Part shown: positions 26,690 to 38,970 of the stretch, piece by piece
Position numbering within the stretch: position 1 is the first letter of the stretch
How the letters are laid out: each line of letters begins with the position of its first letter
From: Octopus vulgaris
Lineage: Eukaryota
Direction: 5' to 3'
DNA length: 64,000 bases
Assembly: GCA_951406725.2 (NCBI GenBank)
Contig: OX597829.1
Location: 58,094,001 to 58,158,000, forward strand
The notes under the pieces: generated by a model
The model's database searches: none
Seen by the model: only the letters and a program-made list of their open reading frames with translations
What the model was told of the DNA's origin: nothing
Program-made: the position numbers and the translations under genes

Positions 26690-27889
26690 GTGAGTACATA
26701 TAATATTCTTATGTAGTGATTGATACTGGTTGTACCAAGTTGATTTTCACTTTGCAAACTAAGGTTTTTTTTTTAACTTAGTAAAGATTTAGGTTTTACT
26801 CCTTTCAAGTAAATGGCCCTGCTTGATTTTATGGAAAAGTGTAGGCAGGAACTCCATATGGTGTTGTAGCAAGTCATAAAAAGTGGCAATAAGACGTAAT
26901 GGTCGTTTGCCTGAACAAGCATAATTGTTAGTATCCCATCGGTTAAAATTACTGCCCATATATGAATTCTAAACTTTCGTCAAAGAGAAATCTTTCATGA
27001 AATACGGTTCTTAGAATTCGGATATGAGCCATTATAATAACCCTGATTTTTGGTAAATTACTCAGTGATCGTAGGATGTTACTAAACTCCACTACACTCA
27101 CAATAGTGTTCATTGGGTTGTTACTAAACTCCATGACACTCACTCCTATTTTTTATGTCATTTCTATGATAAAGATCCAACGAGACTTATTTAAATTGTT
27201 GTGAACTCTAGCAGTTAGTATGAAGGATTAGCTTAGTGTGAATTTCTAGTTGTAATTCTCTACGTCAAAATGACTTTACTTTCCAATTGTACTATAAATG
27301 CTAAATTTACATGAATAAATTAATATAATTAATTTCTTTTTCCTCACATTCTTCAACTTGTTAATGAAATTTATTTCTGCAATTATGAAACTGTATTTTT
27401 TTTACTGCTGTTAAAAGAACACGAATTTATCTTCAATATACATGCACGCATAAAATGTCCATTAGCATTTCTGAGTATATATTTCTCACTATGGCGTTTA
27501 TGTAGCTGGAGTCAGGATTTATGTATAATGATAACTCTTATAAGTAAGTTATAAGCGACATGTTTATCAATATATATTCCTACTTCGAAAATAAAATATA
27601 ATTACTTTCGAAGTAACAAAACGTGGCTATGAAAAGTGGTGACCAGCTATAGTGTAGTTAGTGTGAGCTAAGGACACAGAAGAGGTGTAGTTGATTAAAA
27701 GGATGGTTATTAGAGAAAAGAGTGCTGTTATGTGGGAGATGGACAGGAACCAAAAAAAACTACAGAGACTTGGGATGTTGATTCGCTCAAATGGCCCAGA
27801 TGCTCATTAGAAGTAGTTGGCAATTGATTTCTAAAACCTAAGAGGCCAAATTAAAAGTGGGGAAGGATGCACAGAAAGTGTAATAGCTA

Positions 27890-28082
27890 GAATAAGGGTT
27901 TTATGGTTAGGGTTAAGGTGTTAGGGTTATGGTGTTAGGGTTATGGTTTTAGAGTTTGGGCTAGGGTTTTAAGGGTTAAGGTTACGGTTTTACAGTTAAG
28001 GCTAGGGTTGGGGTTTTAGGGTTAGGACTTTAGGGTTAAGGTTAGGATTTTAGAGTTAGAGCTAGGGTTTTAAAATTTTAGT
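27890..28082 (+). repeat. Degenerate (TTAGGG)n-like interstitial array
   Basis: ggttagggttaaggtgttagggttatgg... Confidence 0.8.
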
Positions 28083-29037
28083 TGCGTCTTGCAACCTTTT
28101 CAATAGTCTGGCAGCAACAACAATTCCAGCATGGTAAGAATCAATGCAAATGCCCATACAATATCAACAGGATTATCATCTCCGAATGTAAACTACCAGA
28201 GGATTTTGAGGCCAGGACACCGGAAAACAATACCACCATCATCAACAACAACAACAAATACACCTCTGGAATATATGGTGCAGTACAGGTAGATACAGAT
28301 GAAATGCATGCTTCAGAGTTACCACCAAAATTTTTTTATACGAGAGTCTAGACTATTGAAAAGGTTGCAAGAAAATGACTCTCCCCAGACAGAACAGAAC
28401 AGAATATTCTTCAACACAAACTCATATAAAGAATCTTGCAAACCAAATCCAAAAACGAAATATATATATATATACATATATATTATATTATATCATCATC
28501 ATCATTGTTTAATGTCCGCTTTCCATGCTTGCATGGGTTGGACGATTTGACTGAGGACTAGCAAACCAGATGTCTGCACCAGGCTCCAATCTGATCTGGC
28601 AGAGTTTCTACAGCTGGATGCCCTTCCTAATGCCAACCAATCCGAGAATGTAGTGGTGCTTTTACGTGTCACCGGCACGAGGGCCAGTCGGGCGGTACTG
28701 GCAATAGCCACACTCAAATGGCATATTTTACATGCCACCTGCAAAGGAGCCAGTCCAGATATATATATCATTGTTTAACGTCCGCTTTCCATGCTGGCAT
28801 GGGTTGGCCAGTTTGACTGAGAGTCAAGACTATTGAAAAGGTTGCAAGACGCAACAGAAATTTTAGGAAAATAAAAATAAGAAATAAGTGGAAATTTTAC
28901 CAGTGAGTGTGTTGCATTATAAGGCACAAAAAGAAAATGACTCTCCCCAGACACAACAGAATATGCTTCAACACACGAACTCATATAAAGAATCTTGCAA
29001 ACCAAATCCAAAAACGAAATTCTTTTTTTACCAAACA

Positions 29038-29657
29038 AAAAACAAGGTATTAAACCTCTTACCTCAGTTCTTACAATTACTGGACTTAATAATCCATTAG
29101 AAATTGAGGCGCTGAGCTTCTTATAAAGATTTAGGCACTAAAGCTTCTTTATCCTTCCTCCCCGACCAGGCTGTATGCATCCCGCAGGCAATGCTCCAGC
29201 TCCAGGCCTCAGAAGGTGAACTGGTCTTTTGGGAAGGAGTCCATTGCACTGAAAATATTGACTTCCAATGTGACCTTCGTAGTTACATGCGGAGTCCAAT
29301 CCTTCCTCCCTGACCAGGCTGTCTGCATCCTGCAGGCAATTGTCCAGGTCATTCGGAGGGAGGACCCCTTGCCCTGGTTGAAGACCCGGATTGGCCTCTG
29401 CAGGTGACCATGGAGGTCAGATCAGAAGTCGATATGTTCAGGGTGATGGACTCCTTCCCGAAGGAACAGTTTGGGTTCGCCTTCTGGGGCTGCGTGCTGC
29501 AGCATTGCCCACGGACGCATACAGCCTGGTCGGGGAGGAAGGATAAAGAAGCTTTAGTGCCTAAATCTTTATAAGAAGCTCAGCGCCTCAATTTCTAATG
29601 GATTATTAAGCCCAGTAATTGTAAGAACTGAGGTAAGAGGTTTAATACCTTGTTTTT
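29038..29657. mobile_element. Foldback / MITE-like element with ~230-bp inverted arms
   Basis: aaaaacaaggtattaaacctcttacctcag... mirrored by ...ctgaggtaagaggtttaataccttgttttt. Confidence 0.88.
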
Positions 29658-30722
29658 ATTTTTTTTGTTTTGTAAAAAAAAGAACAATGTTTTAGAGAAA
29701 CAGGAGGTCAGCGAGCATGTGCAGCCCGCAAGCTGCTCCCTCCGTATATGGCCTTCATGGACAATGAAATGAAATATAGAAGAAAACTGAATGAAGCCTA
29801 GTAACCTCTCTTTTACTTGTTTCAATCATTTCACTGTGGCCATGCTGGAGCACCACCTTTAGTCGAGCAAATCGACCCCAGGACTTATTCTTTGTAAGCT
29901 TAGTACTTATTCTATCGGACTCTTTTGCCAAACTGCTAAGTTACGGGGATGTAAACACACCAGCATCGGTTGTCAAGTGATGTTGGGGGGACAAACACAG
30001 ACACACAAACAGATACACATAAATATACACGATAGGCTTCTTTCGGTTTCCATCTACCAAATCCACACATAAGGCTTTTGTTGGCCCGAGGCTATAGCAG
30101 AAGACACTTGCCCAAGGTGTCAAGCAGTGGGACTGAACCCAGAACCACGTGGTTGGTAAGCAAGCTACTTACCACACAGCCACTCCTATGCCTATATATA
30201 TACGACGGGCTTCTTTCAGCTTCCGTCTACCAAATCCACTCACAAGGCTTTAGTTGGCCCGAGGCTATAGTAGAAGACACTTGCCTAAGGTGCCACACAG
30301 TAGGAATGAACCCAAAACCATGTGGTTGGTAAGCAAGCTACTTACCACGCAGCCACTCCTATGCCTAACCAGTTGATTTTTTTTTTTTTTAAGTTTGAAA
30401 ATGGATAGGAGTTTCATGCTATCGGGCAGTGATTCTGAATTTAAAGGTTTTCCAATGGGAAATATGGAGATATCGAGAAAAATCTCACTCATACCATCCT
30501 TTTTATCATTCATCTCATTAATGTTTTTTGTCCAGCCCTCAAGCTATTCCCTCTGTATACAACCTTCATGGCCAATGAAATGAAATAAAGCAGCTTCACT
30601 CTGCATGCTTTCACCCTGTTACCATGGCAACAGTTCTCATACTTTTTGATCAGACCACATAATCTATTAAGAATACTTTGTGACTGCAGTAAGCTTTAAT
30701 TTTCATAATATTCTCTTTCCAG

Positions 30723-30859
30723 TTTGTTGTCAGACCTTAACAGCTTAAAATCAGATTTTGATACGACGGATTCCCCACAAAATACCAAAATCATTGATTT
30801 ACAACAGAATATCCTTGAACTGGAACAAGAGAAAAAGGTCCTAGCAGACAAGCTAAAAG
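30723..30859 (+). CDS. CDC42BPA: MRCK window exon 8 (start of coiled coil)
   Basis: ttccag|(N)LLSDLNSLKSDFDTTDSPQNTKIIDLQQNILELEQEKKVLADKLK|gtattg; 137 nt, phase 2-1. Confidence 0.92.
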
Positions 30860-31386
30860 GTATTGAATTATGTTTTTTTTCTTAGTTTGTTATCTTCTTT
30901 GATTTAACCTTTTTGATGCTAACCTGGCCGTAGCCCTCCGGAAAGATTTTTGGTTCATAAGACCAACCCTGCCATAGTCAGCCGAGAGCACGCATTGTTA
31001 TTTAAATGTAAATTTAAGCACAAATCTTGCAAGAACAAAATAAAAATCAAATGGAAATTGTAATTGTGATACCCGTGCTGGTAGTACATAAAAAGCAACT
31101 TCTGAACGTGGCCGATGCTAGTGCCACCATGACTGGCGTCTGTGCCGCTGGCACGTAAAAAGCACACACTACGCTCACGGAGTGGTTGGCATTAGGAAGT
31201 GCATCCAGCTGTAGAAACACTGCCAGATCAGATTGGAGTTTGGTGCAGCCTCCTGGCTTCCAGTCACCGGTTGAACCATCCAACCCATGCTAGCATGGAA
31301 AACGGACGCTAAACGATGATGATAATGATGATATGTATGCATGCATGTGTGTGTGCATATATATATACATACGCAAAGATATGATG

Positions 31387-32010
31387 GAGTCAGTTTAGAT
31401 GAGATGCAGTTTGGGTTTGTGCCAGGGAAAAGCACCACTGATGCTATATTTCTGGTAAGACAGCTGCAGGAGAGCACCAACCGATCGTGGCCATTGCCAG
31501 CCTCCTCTGGCCCCTGTGCCAGTGGCACGTAACAAGCACCAACCGATTGTGGCCATTGCCATCCTCCTGTGGCCCCTGTGCCGGTGGCACGTAAAAAGCA
31601 CCAACCGATCGTGGCCGTTGCGAGCCTCCTCTGGCCCCTGTGCCAGTGGAACGTAAAAAGTACCAACTGATCGTGGCCATTGCCAGCCTCCTCTGGCCCC
31701 TGTGCCGGTGGCACATAAAAAGCTCCAACCGATTGTGGCCATTACCAGCCACCTTTGGCCCCTGTGCTGGTGGCACGTAAAAATCACCAACCGATCGTGG
31801 CCGTTGCCAGCCTCCTCTGGCCCCTGTGTCGATGGCACGTAAAAAGCACCCACTACACTCAGTGGTTGGCATTAGGAAGTGCATCCAGCTGTGGAAACAC
31901 TGCCAGGTCAGACTGGAGCCTGGTGCAGCCTCCTGGCTTCCCAGACTCCAGTCGAACTGTCCAAGCCATGGTAGCATGGAAAACGGCCATTAAATGATGA
32001 TGATGATGAT
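31387..32010 (+). mobile_element. Internally deleted RTE derivative with a 61-bp tandem array
   Basis: 85-nt RT fragment (SLDEMQFGFVPGKSTTDAIFLVRQLQE) fused to six 61-bp 3' UTR units and a (GAT)n tail. Confidence 0.85.
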
Positions 32011-32239
32011 CAAAATATGTGATTTCATTTTGTAAATAATTGAGTTATAGCATGCGACATTGTTTCACCTGATATCTGAACTCGGTGAAATTTGGAAGAA
32101 TTTGTTCACTTTTTATCAGCATCGATGGGTTTTTAATCTTTGAAAATGGATAGCAGCTTCATGCTATCAAGCAGTGATTCTGAATTTAAAGGGTCTTCAA
32201 CGGAAAATATGGAAATATCGAGAAAAAGAATAAATGGGA

Positions 32240-32430
32240 TATTTCTGTCTCCGAAAAATAATATACGACCCTGGGTATGGTATAGAAGTGATAAATTCCA
32301 GACCACATCGTACCCTAGGCCATGCTGACTAATATTATTTTCCCTGTATAAAAAGTAAATCCACAGCAGTACCCAGTATTTGCTTCACAAATTTCCCAAA
32401 CTTTGATCCCACATTTCGTGGGTTTTTCTG
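32240..32430 (-). mobile_element. piggyBac (PGBD4-like) transposase fragment
   Basis: KPTKCGIKVWEICEANTGYCCGFTFYTGK...GLGYDVVWNL. Confidence 0.8.
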
Positions 32431-33001
32431 GCACATAAAAAGCACCCTCTACACTCACGAAGTGGTTGGCATTAGGAAGGGCATCCAGCTGTAGAAACAC
32501 TGCCAGATCAGACTGGAGCCTGGTGCAGCCTTCTGGCTTCCCAGACCCTGGTCAAACCGTCCAACCCATGCTAGCATGGAAAACGGATGTTAAATGATGA
32601 TGATGATGATTATCCAGTGACTGTTTTCGATGCTGGCTAGGGTGAAATTTGCATGAGGCTTTATTCTGTTGAGGCATGTTTTCTACAGCTGGATGACTTC
32701 TCTGACACTAACCTTTTTACAGTGTGTACTGCATGACTTTTATATAGCACCAGCTTCAGAGCTTTATACATGGTACCAACATTGATGTTTTTTATGTGGC
32801 ATTATCAGCAGCAGACTCACCATGTAACTTAAGACAAAACTCTCTCAACTACTGGTGGATGAGGTTGATGAGCGATTAAAGATATAGAGGTCAGATAAGT
32901 CTCATTATATATATAATAATAATAATTATAATATGAGGGAATATCATTCCAGACTTACAGGGAAAAAGTCAATTTAGAAATACTAACTCAAATTTCACAA
33001 A

Positions 33002-33044
<43 letters not shown>

Positions 33045-33065
33045 TTGAAAAGAACTACCTTTTAT

Positions 33066-33295
33066 CAATTCAATAATGAAAAAATTAAATTATACCATCT
33101 AGAAAATTACATATAGAAAGATTAAATATAAGATAAAACATATAACGATAAGTAATGTGCAAAATAATAACTAAAACGTTTTATTTATTATTTTGCACAT
33201 TACTTAATCATCGTTATATGTTTTATCTTATATTCAATCTTTCTATAATATGTAATTTTCTAGATGGTGTAATTTAATTTTTCATTATTGAATTC
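33066..33295. repeat. AT-rich ~230-bp imperfect palindrome without spacer
   Basis: Centred on taaaacgtttta (33172-33183). Confidence 0.88.
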
Positions 33296-33924
33296 ATAAA
33301 AAGTGTTTTTTTTGTAAAAAAGCACCTACTGATTGTAGCCGTTATCAGCCTCCCCTGGCACCTGTGCTGGTGGCACATAAAAAGCATCATCCATACCTGT
33401 CCGTTGCCAGCACCGCCTTGACTGGCTTCCATGCTTGTAGCATGTAAAAAGCACCAACCAATCATGGCCGTTGCCAGCCTCCACTGGCACGTAAAAAGCA
33501 CCCACTACACTCACGGAGTGGTTGGCATTAGGAAGGGCATTCAGCTGTAGAAACACTGCCAGATCAGACTGGAGCCTGGTGCAGCCTCCTGGCTACCCAG
33601 ACACCAGTCTAACCGTCCAACCCATGCTAGCATGGTAAATGAACGTTAAGCAATGATGATGATAATATATATCTATATATATAAGAAATTAAAATGGAAA
33701 ATATGCACACTTACATAGTTTTAATATAATTTTTAATATCAACCGGTTTCGCTATCGCTATTCATGATATTATGTTTTACTTATTTGAATATGTATTTTT
33801 TGTTAAGAAGAAATTTTATTTATCTACATGTGGAGTCATTCACTCGTAAATATCATAACACACAACATGGACAAAATTTCTTAAGAAAAAATACATATTC
33901 AAATCAGTAAAACATATGCATGTA

Positions 33925-33955
<31 letters not shown>

Positions 33956-34319
33956 CATGGAAATATGTTACAAAAAGCAAATAGAAACTAGATGTGGAAA
34001 TGTAAGGGGAAAATAAGAAGAAAAATAAGCAAAATTGCACATGAAAAAAAGTAATAGCTTTTTATGAAAAGTAACGATACATACAATTAGATAAACTGAG
34101 GTAGGAATAAAAATATAAAAAGTTATTGTGAATTGTGAAAGAGATTCAAAAGCATACGGGCTTTGAATGCGCACCAGTTACCGAACGGTGTCGGGTTTAC
34201 TAGTTCCTGAGTAAACGGGAGGTAAGTACTTCTGGATTTGGTGCAATTAGGGTAGAGACTGATGACATCTTGTCTTCTCTTATAAACAGAGATATGGTGG
34301 GTGCAGCGCAAAACCATCG

Positions 34320-34493
34320 GATGTTTGTCCTCATCTTGTTTGTTGTTAACACAACATTTCAGCTGATATACCCTCCAGCCTTCATCAGGTGTCATGGGGA
34401 AATTTCAAACCTGTGTTCTCATTCCCACGGGCATATATCGTAGTGGTTAAGAGCGCGGGCTACTAACCCCAAGATTCCGAGTTCGATTCCAAG
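34320..34493. mobile_element. Inverted HHR repeat (minus) joined to a tRNA-like head (plus)
   Basis: Minus-strand CTGATGA...GAAA at 34348-34393; tagtggttaagagcgcgggctactaaccccaag...gttcgattcc at 34424-34493. Confidence 0.75.
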
Positions 34494-35049
34494 AAAATTC
34501 TACCTGGGCCCCACTTGCAAGGTCATGCACTGTTTATCTTGCCAGCGTTGCCCCGACTGGCTTCTGTGCCGGTGGCACATAAAAAGCACCATCCGAACAT
34601 GGCTGTTGCCAGCGCCGCCTTGGCTGGCTTCTGTGTCGGTGGCACGTTAAAAGCTCTGACCGATCGTGGCTGATGCCAGACCCCCTGGCACCTGTACAGG
34701 TGGCACGTAAAAAGCACCCACTACACTCGCGGAGTGGTTGGCGTTAGGAAGGGCATCCAGCTGTAGAAACTCTGCCAGATCAGACTGGAGCCTGGTGCAG
34801 CCCCTGGCTTCCCAGACCCCGGTCGAACCGTCCAACCTGTGCTAGCGCGGAAAACGGACGTTAAACGATGATGATGATGATAAGATCACCATGTCGCGCA
34901 AATATGGTTGTGATGCATGTACCTAGTGTACCCTTATCAGACGGGTAGTCATGATGGGTATACTGGGCTTCGTATATTTTACCCCAGTGTCACTTTGATG
35001 GCATGCACTGCTCTCTCACTCAATAATAATAATAATTACATTGAAGAAT

Positions 35050-35575
35050 ATCTTGGGAATGAGAACCCAGGTTTGTAATTTCCTCAAGACACCTGAAGAA
35101 GGCTGGAGGCTATATCAGCCGAAACGTTGTTTTAACAACAAACAAGATGAGGATGAATATCCATCAATTGTAAATAATGTACATAAATCCTCATCACTTA
35201 AACATAGAACTGAATAATAATAGCAACAACATCAAAAAATACCTTAGGAATGAGAACCCAGGTTCGAAATTTCCCCAAGACACCTAATTAAGGGTTGAGG
35301 GTATATCAGCCGAAACATTGTGTTAACAAACAAGATGAGGACAAACATCCGACAAATGTGAATAATGTACATGGTTCCTCATCTCTTAAATATAGAACTG
35401 AATAATAATAATAATAATAATATAAAAAAATATGTTAGAAATGAGAACCCAGGTTTGAAATTTCCCCAAGACACCTGAAGAAGGCTGTGGAGGGTAAATC
35501 AGCCGAAAGGTTGTGTTAACAACAAATGAGATGAGGAGAAATATCCGTCGAATGTAAATAATTTAAATAATGTTT
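35050..35575 (+). repeat. Three tandem ~190-bp PLE terminal-repeat units carrying HHR motifs
   Basis: Unit: aggaatgagaacccaggttcgaaatttccccaagacacCTGAAGAaggctg...cagccGAAAcgttgtgtt...gaactg(aat)n. Confidence 0.88.
35088..35133 (+). ncRNA. Minimal (dimer-type) hammerhead ribozyme motif
   Basis: gacac CTGAAGA a GGCTG gaggctatat CAGCC GAAA C GTT gtttt; palindromic ACGT replaces stem III. Confidence 0.65.
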
Positions 35576-35608
35576 TAAATAAAATTTTAACTGATTTTAT
35601 AATTTTAG

Positions 35609-35743
35609 AAGCGTTAGAAACTGCTGTTGGTGCTTCTGCCGGTGAAATTTCTGCTGGAGATGCTGGTGCAGCTGCCGGTGGTCCATCTAAGTCTGTTAAG
35701 CAACTAAAAGAAGAGGTCACTTCTCTGCATAAAGCTGTTTCAG
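35609..35743 (+). CDS. CDC42BPA: MRCK window exon 9 (Ala/Gly linker and coiled coil)
   Basis: ttttag|(E)ALETAVGASAGEISAGDAGAAAGGPSKSVKQLKEEVTSLHKAVS|gtttgt; 135 nt, phase 1-1. Confidence 0.88.
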
Positions 35744-36513
35744 GTTTGTATATCTTTAAAATTATTTCAGATAAGGTCTTGTTAAACCGTTAACGGATTA
35801 TCCCCAGTTTACTTGTGCATCACAGATGTATCTTTTTAGAACCAGACGAGTATACTCAGTCAAAATTAACATTTAATTGTAGCACTCAAACGAGTTTATG
35901 TTTGAGCAATAGGCGTTGGAGTGACTGTGTGGTAAGTAGTTTGCCTACCAACCACATGGTTCCAGGTTCAGTCCCACTGCATGGCAAATTGGGCAAGTGT
36001 CTTCTACTATAGCCTCAGGCCAAACAAAGCCTTGTGAGTGGATTTGGTAAACGGAAACTGAAAGAAGCCCATCGTATATATATATATATATGTGTGTGTT
36101 TGTGTCTGTTTGTTCCCCCCAACTTCGCTTGATAACCGATGCTGGTGTTTATGTCCCTGTTACTTAGTGGTTCGGCAAAAAGAGACCGATAGAATAAGTA
36201 CTAGGCTTACAAAGAATAAGTCCTGGGGCCGATTTGCTCAACTAAAGGCAGTGCTCCAGCATGGCCGCAGTCAAATGACTAAAACAAGTAAAAGAGTAAA
36301 AAAAATCTCGAATTTACTTGCGTTGTTTAAAAGAAATAAGTATTTTTTCATGGCTATACTCCATGATAGTGAGATATGGGCTCTAAATGTGGAGGGCATG
36401 TATAGATTGGAAAGGAATGAAAGTAGAATCCTCCAAAGGGTGTTTAGCATCAGTGTGTCTGACTGACAAAGCACACCTGTGTTGAGAGAAAAGTTAGAAA
36501 TAATGGGAATTAA

Positions 36514-36985
36514 CCCCTTAATGGATTATCCCAAGTTTACTCGTGCATCGTAAATGTATCTTTTTAGAACCAGCACGAGTATACCCGGTCAAAATTAACT
36601 TTTAATTTTAGCACTCAAACGAGTTTCTTTGTTTTGTGTCATTTCATTTCTGAGCAACCACGAATTTACTTGCGTTGTCGTATGCCTGGCAGCACATATT
36701 CTGGCACCATTTCAAAGAATTTATGCTTCTAAGTTTTGAACTTTTACTTCAGTGCATTCTCAGATTCAGGAGAAGGTTGATGCCATTTTAGATCCGTCTC
36801 GTTCTGATTCTCTATTTTTTATACAAATAAGAGAATTATTTACACATTTCTTTTTCTCAAAATGGATGAAAACTTCAATATATTCAGCAATCACGAGAGC
36901 GGTTTTTCATTTCACAATGTGGAAAGCTCTGGCGATGAATTAGAAACGTGTAGTTCAGACTCTGACAATTTTTCAGAAAATGACC
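36514..36985 (+). mobile_element. piggyBac-like left end
   Basis: TTAA|CCCCTTAATGGAT; near-identical to 6225-6791; the same terminal motif with a different interior begins at ~58597. Confidence 0.7.
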
Positions 36986-37924
36986 AAAAAAAACACACCA
37001 TTCAGGCATGGACGTTGCCATTACCGCCCGACTGGCCCTTGTTCCAGTAGCACGTAAAAGCACCCACTACACTCCCAGAGTGGCTGGCATTAGTAAGGGC
37101 ATCCAGCTGTAGAAACTCATATTGGAGCCTGGTGCAGCCATCTGGCTCACTAGTCCTCAGTCAAACCATCCAACCCATACCAGCATGGAAAGCGGATGTT
37201 AAATGATGATGATAATATAACATATTACATACACACATACACACATAGCCACCATACTGGCTCCTGTGCAGGTGGCCTGTAAAAAACACCATTTGTACGT
37301 GGCCGTTGCCAGTACCGCCTGAGTGGCCCTTGTGCTGTTGGCACATAAGAGCACCCCCTACGCTCTCAGCCATCTTGTTCGTCAGTCCTCAGTCAAACCG
37401 TCCAACCCATGCTAGCATGGGAAACGGACATGAAATGAAGATGATATAACCTGTTAGCATTCAGATTAATCTCTCAAATGCAACACTTATTTATTTCATA
37501 ATATTTTGGATTAGTTGTGTGTTATTTTCTAACTGAGATTTCAATGATGTGATTGCTCTGTCTTACAGTAACATTGCTGAGTAGATGAGAGAAACCAGTT
37601 CTAGCCATTTTGAGCATAAATCCAGGATAAGATTTGGGACAGATATGGCCAGCTTAAATGCTGAACTTTTAGCAGTTTCATTACCACAGCTTGTTGTGAA
37701 TCTAAGATTGGATCATTCTTGCTTTTGTGTCCTCAATTTACTCTTTTACTCGTGTCAGTCATATGACTGTGGCTATGCTGGAGCATCACCGTTAGTCGAG
37801 CAAATCGGCCCCAGGACTTATTCTTTGTAAGCCCAGTACTTATTCTATCGGTTCTCTTTTGCCGAACCAAGTTACGGGGACGTAAACACACGCACACACA
37901 CACACATAGACACACATACATATA

Positions 37925-37931
37925 CATGCAC

Positions 37932-37972
<41 letters not shown>

Positions 37973-38013
37973 CATACACACACACACACGATGGGCTACA
38001 TGTATATATATAG

Positions 38014-38056
<43 letters not shown>

Positions 38057-38100
38057 CATACACACACACGATGGGCTACATGTATATATATAGATGTGTA

Positions 38101-38142
<42 letters not shown>

Positions 38143-38480
38143 TGTATATGTGTGTATATATATAGATGTATATGTGTGTATATATATAGATGTATATGTG
38201 TATATATATATAGATGTATATGTGTATATATACATATATATATATGTGTGTGTGTGTGTGTATATATATGGATGTGTATGTATATATATATATATATATA
38301 TATGGATGTATATATATGGATGTATGTATATATGTATATATATGGATGTATATATATAGATGTATATATATGCATGTATATATGTATACATGTATGTGTA
38401 GATGTATATACATATAGATGTACATGTAATATGTACACATATACATGCATACACTTATATATACACACATACACACATAC
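37925..38480. repeat. Complex (TA)n / TATAGATG microsatellite between SINE segments
   Basis: Direct inspection. Confidence 0.95.
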
Positions 38481-38867
38481 ATAGGTGCAGGTGTGGCTGT
38501 GTGGTAACAAACTTCGTTCCAAAACACATGGTCCTGGGTTCAGTCTCACTATGTGGTGACTTGGCATGTGTCTTCTGCTATAGCCTCAGACCAACCAAAG
38601 CCTTGTCAGTGGATTTTGTAGACAGAAACTGAAAGAAATCAATTGTATGTATATGTATGTATATATGTAAGTCTGTGTATGTGTCTTTGTGTTTCTCCCT
38701 CATCACTGCTTCACAACTGGTGTTCGTGTATTTACATCCCCATAACTTACTGGTTTCACAAGAAGAAACTGATAGAATAAGTACCAGGCTTATCAAAATA
38801 AAAAAAACCCACTAAGCCATGTCCTCATATTTTTGTTTGCCCACTCAGTTGTATCTATCAATTCATC

Positions 38868-38902
<35 letters not shown>

Positions 38903-38970
38903 GTATATATATATATATATAATACACACGCACACACATATACACATGTATGTATATGTGCATATTCATA

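Noticed and set aside
27890-28082. True telomere or chromosome-fusion site
   Set aside because: Short, degenerate and intronic; similar arrays elsewhere sit inside a repeat family
31475-31850. Regular 61-bp array resembling CRISPR
   Set aside because: Whole units repeat with no unique spacers, there are no cas genes, the context is eukaryotic, and it is part of the RTE 3' UTR
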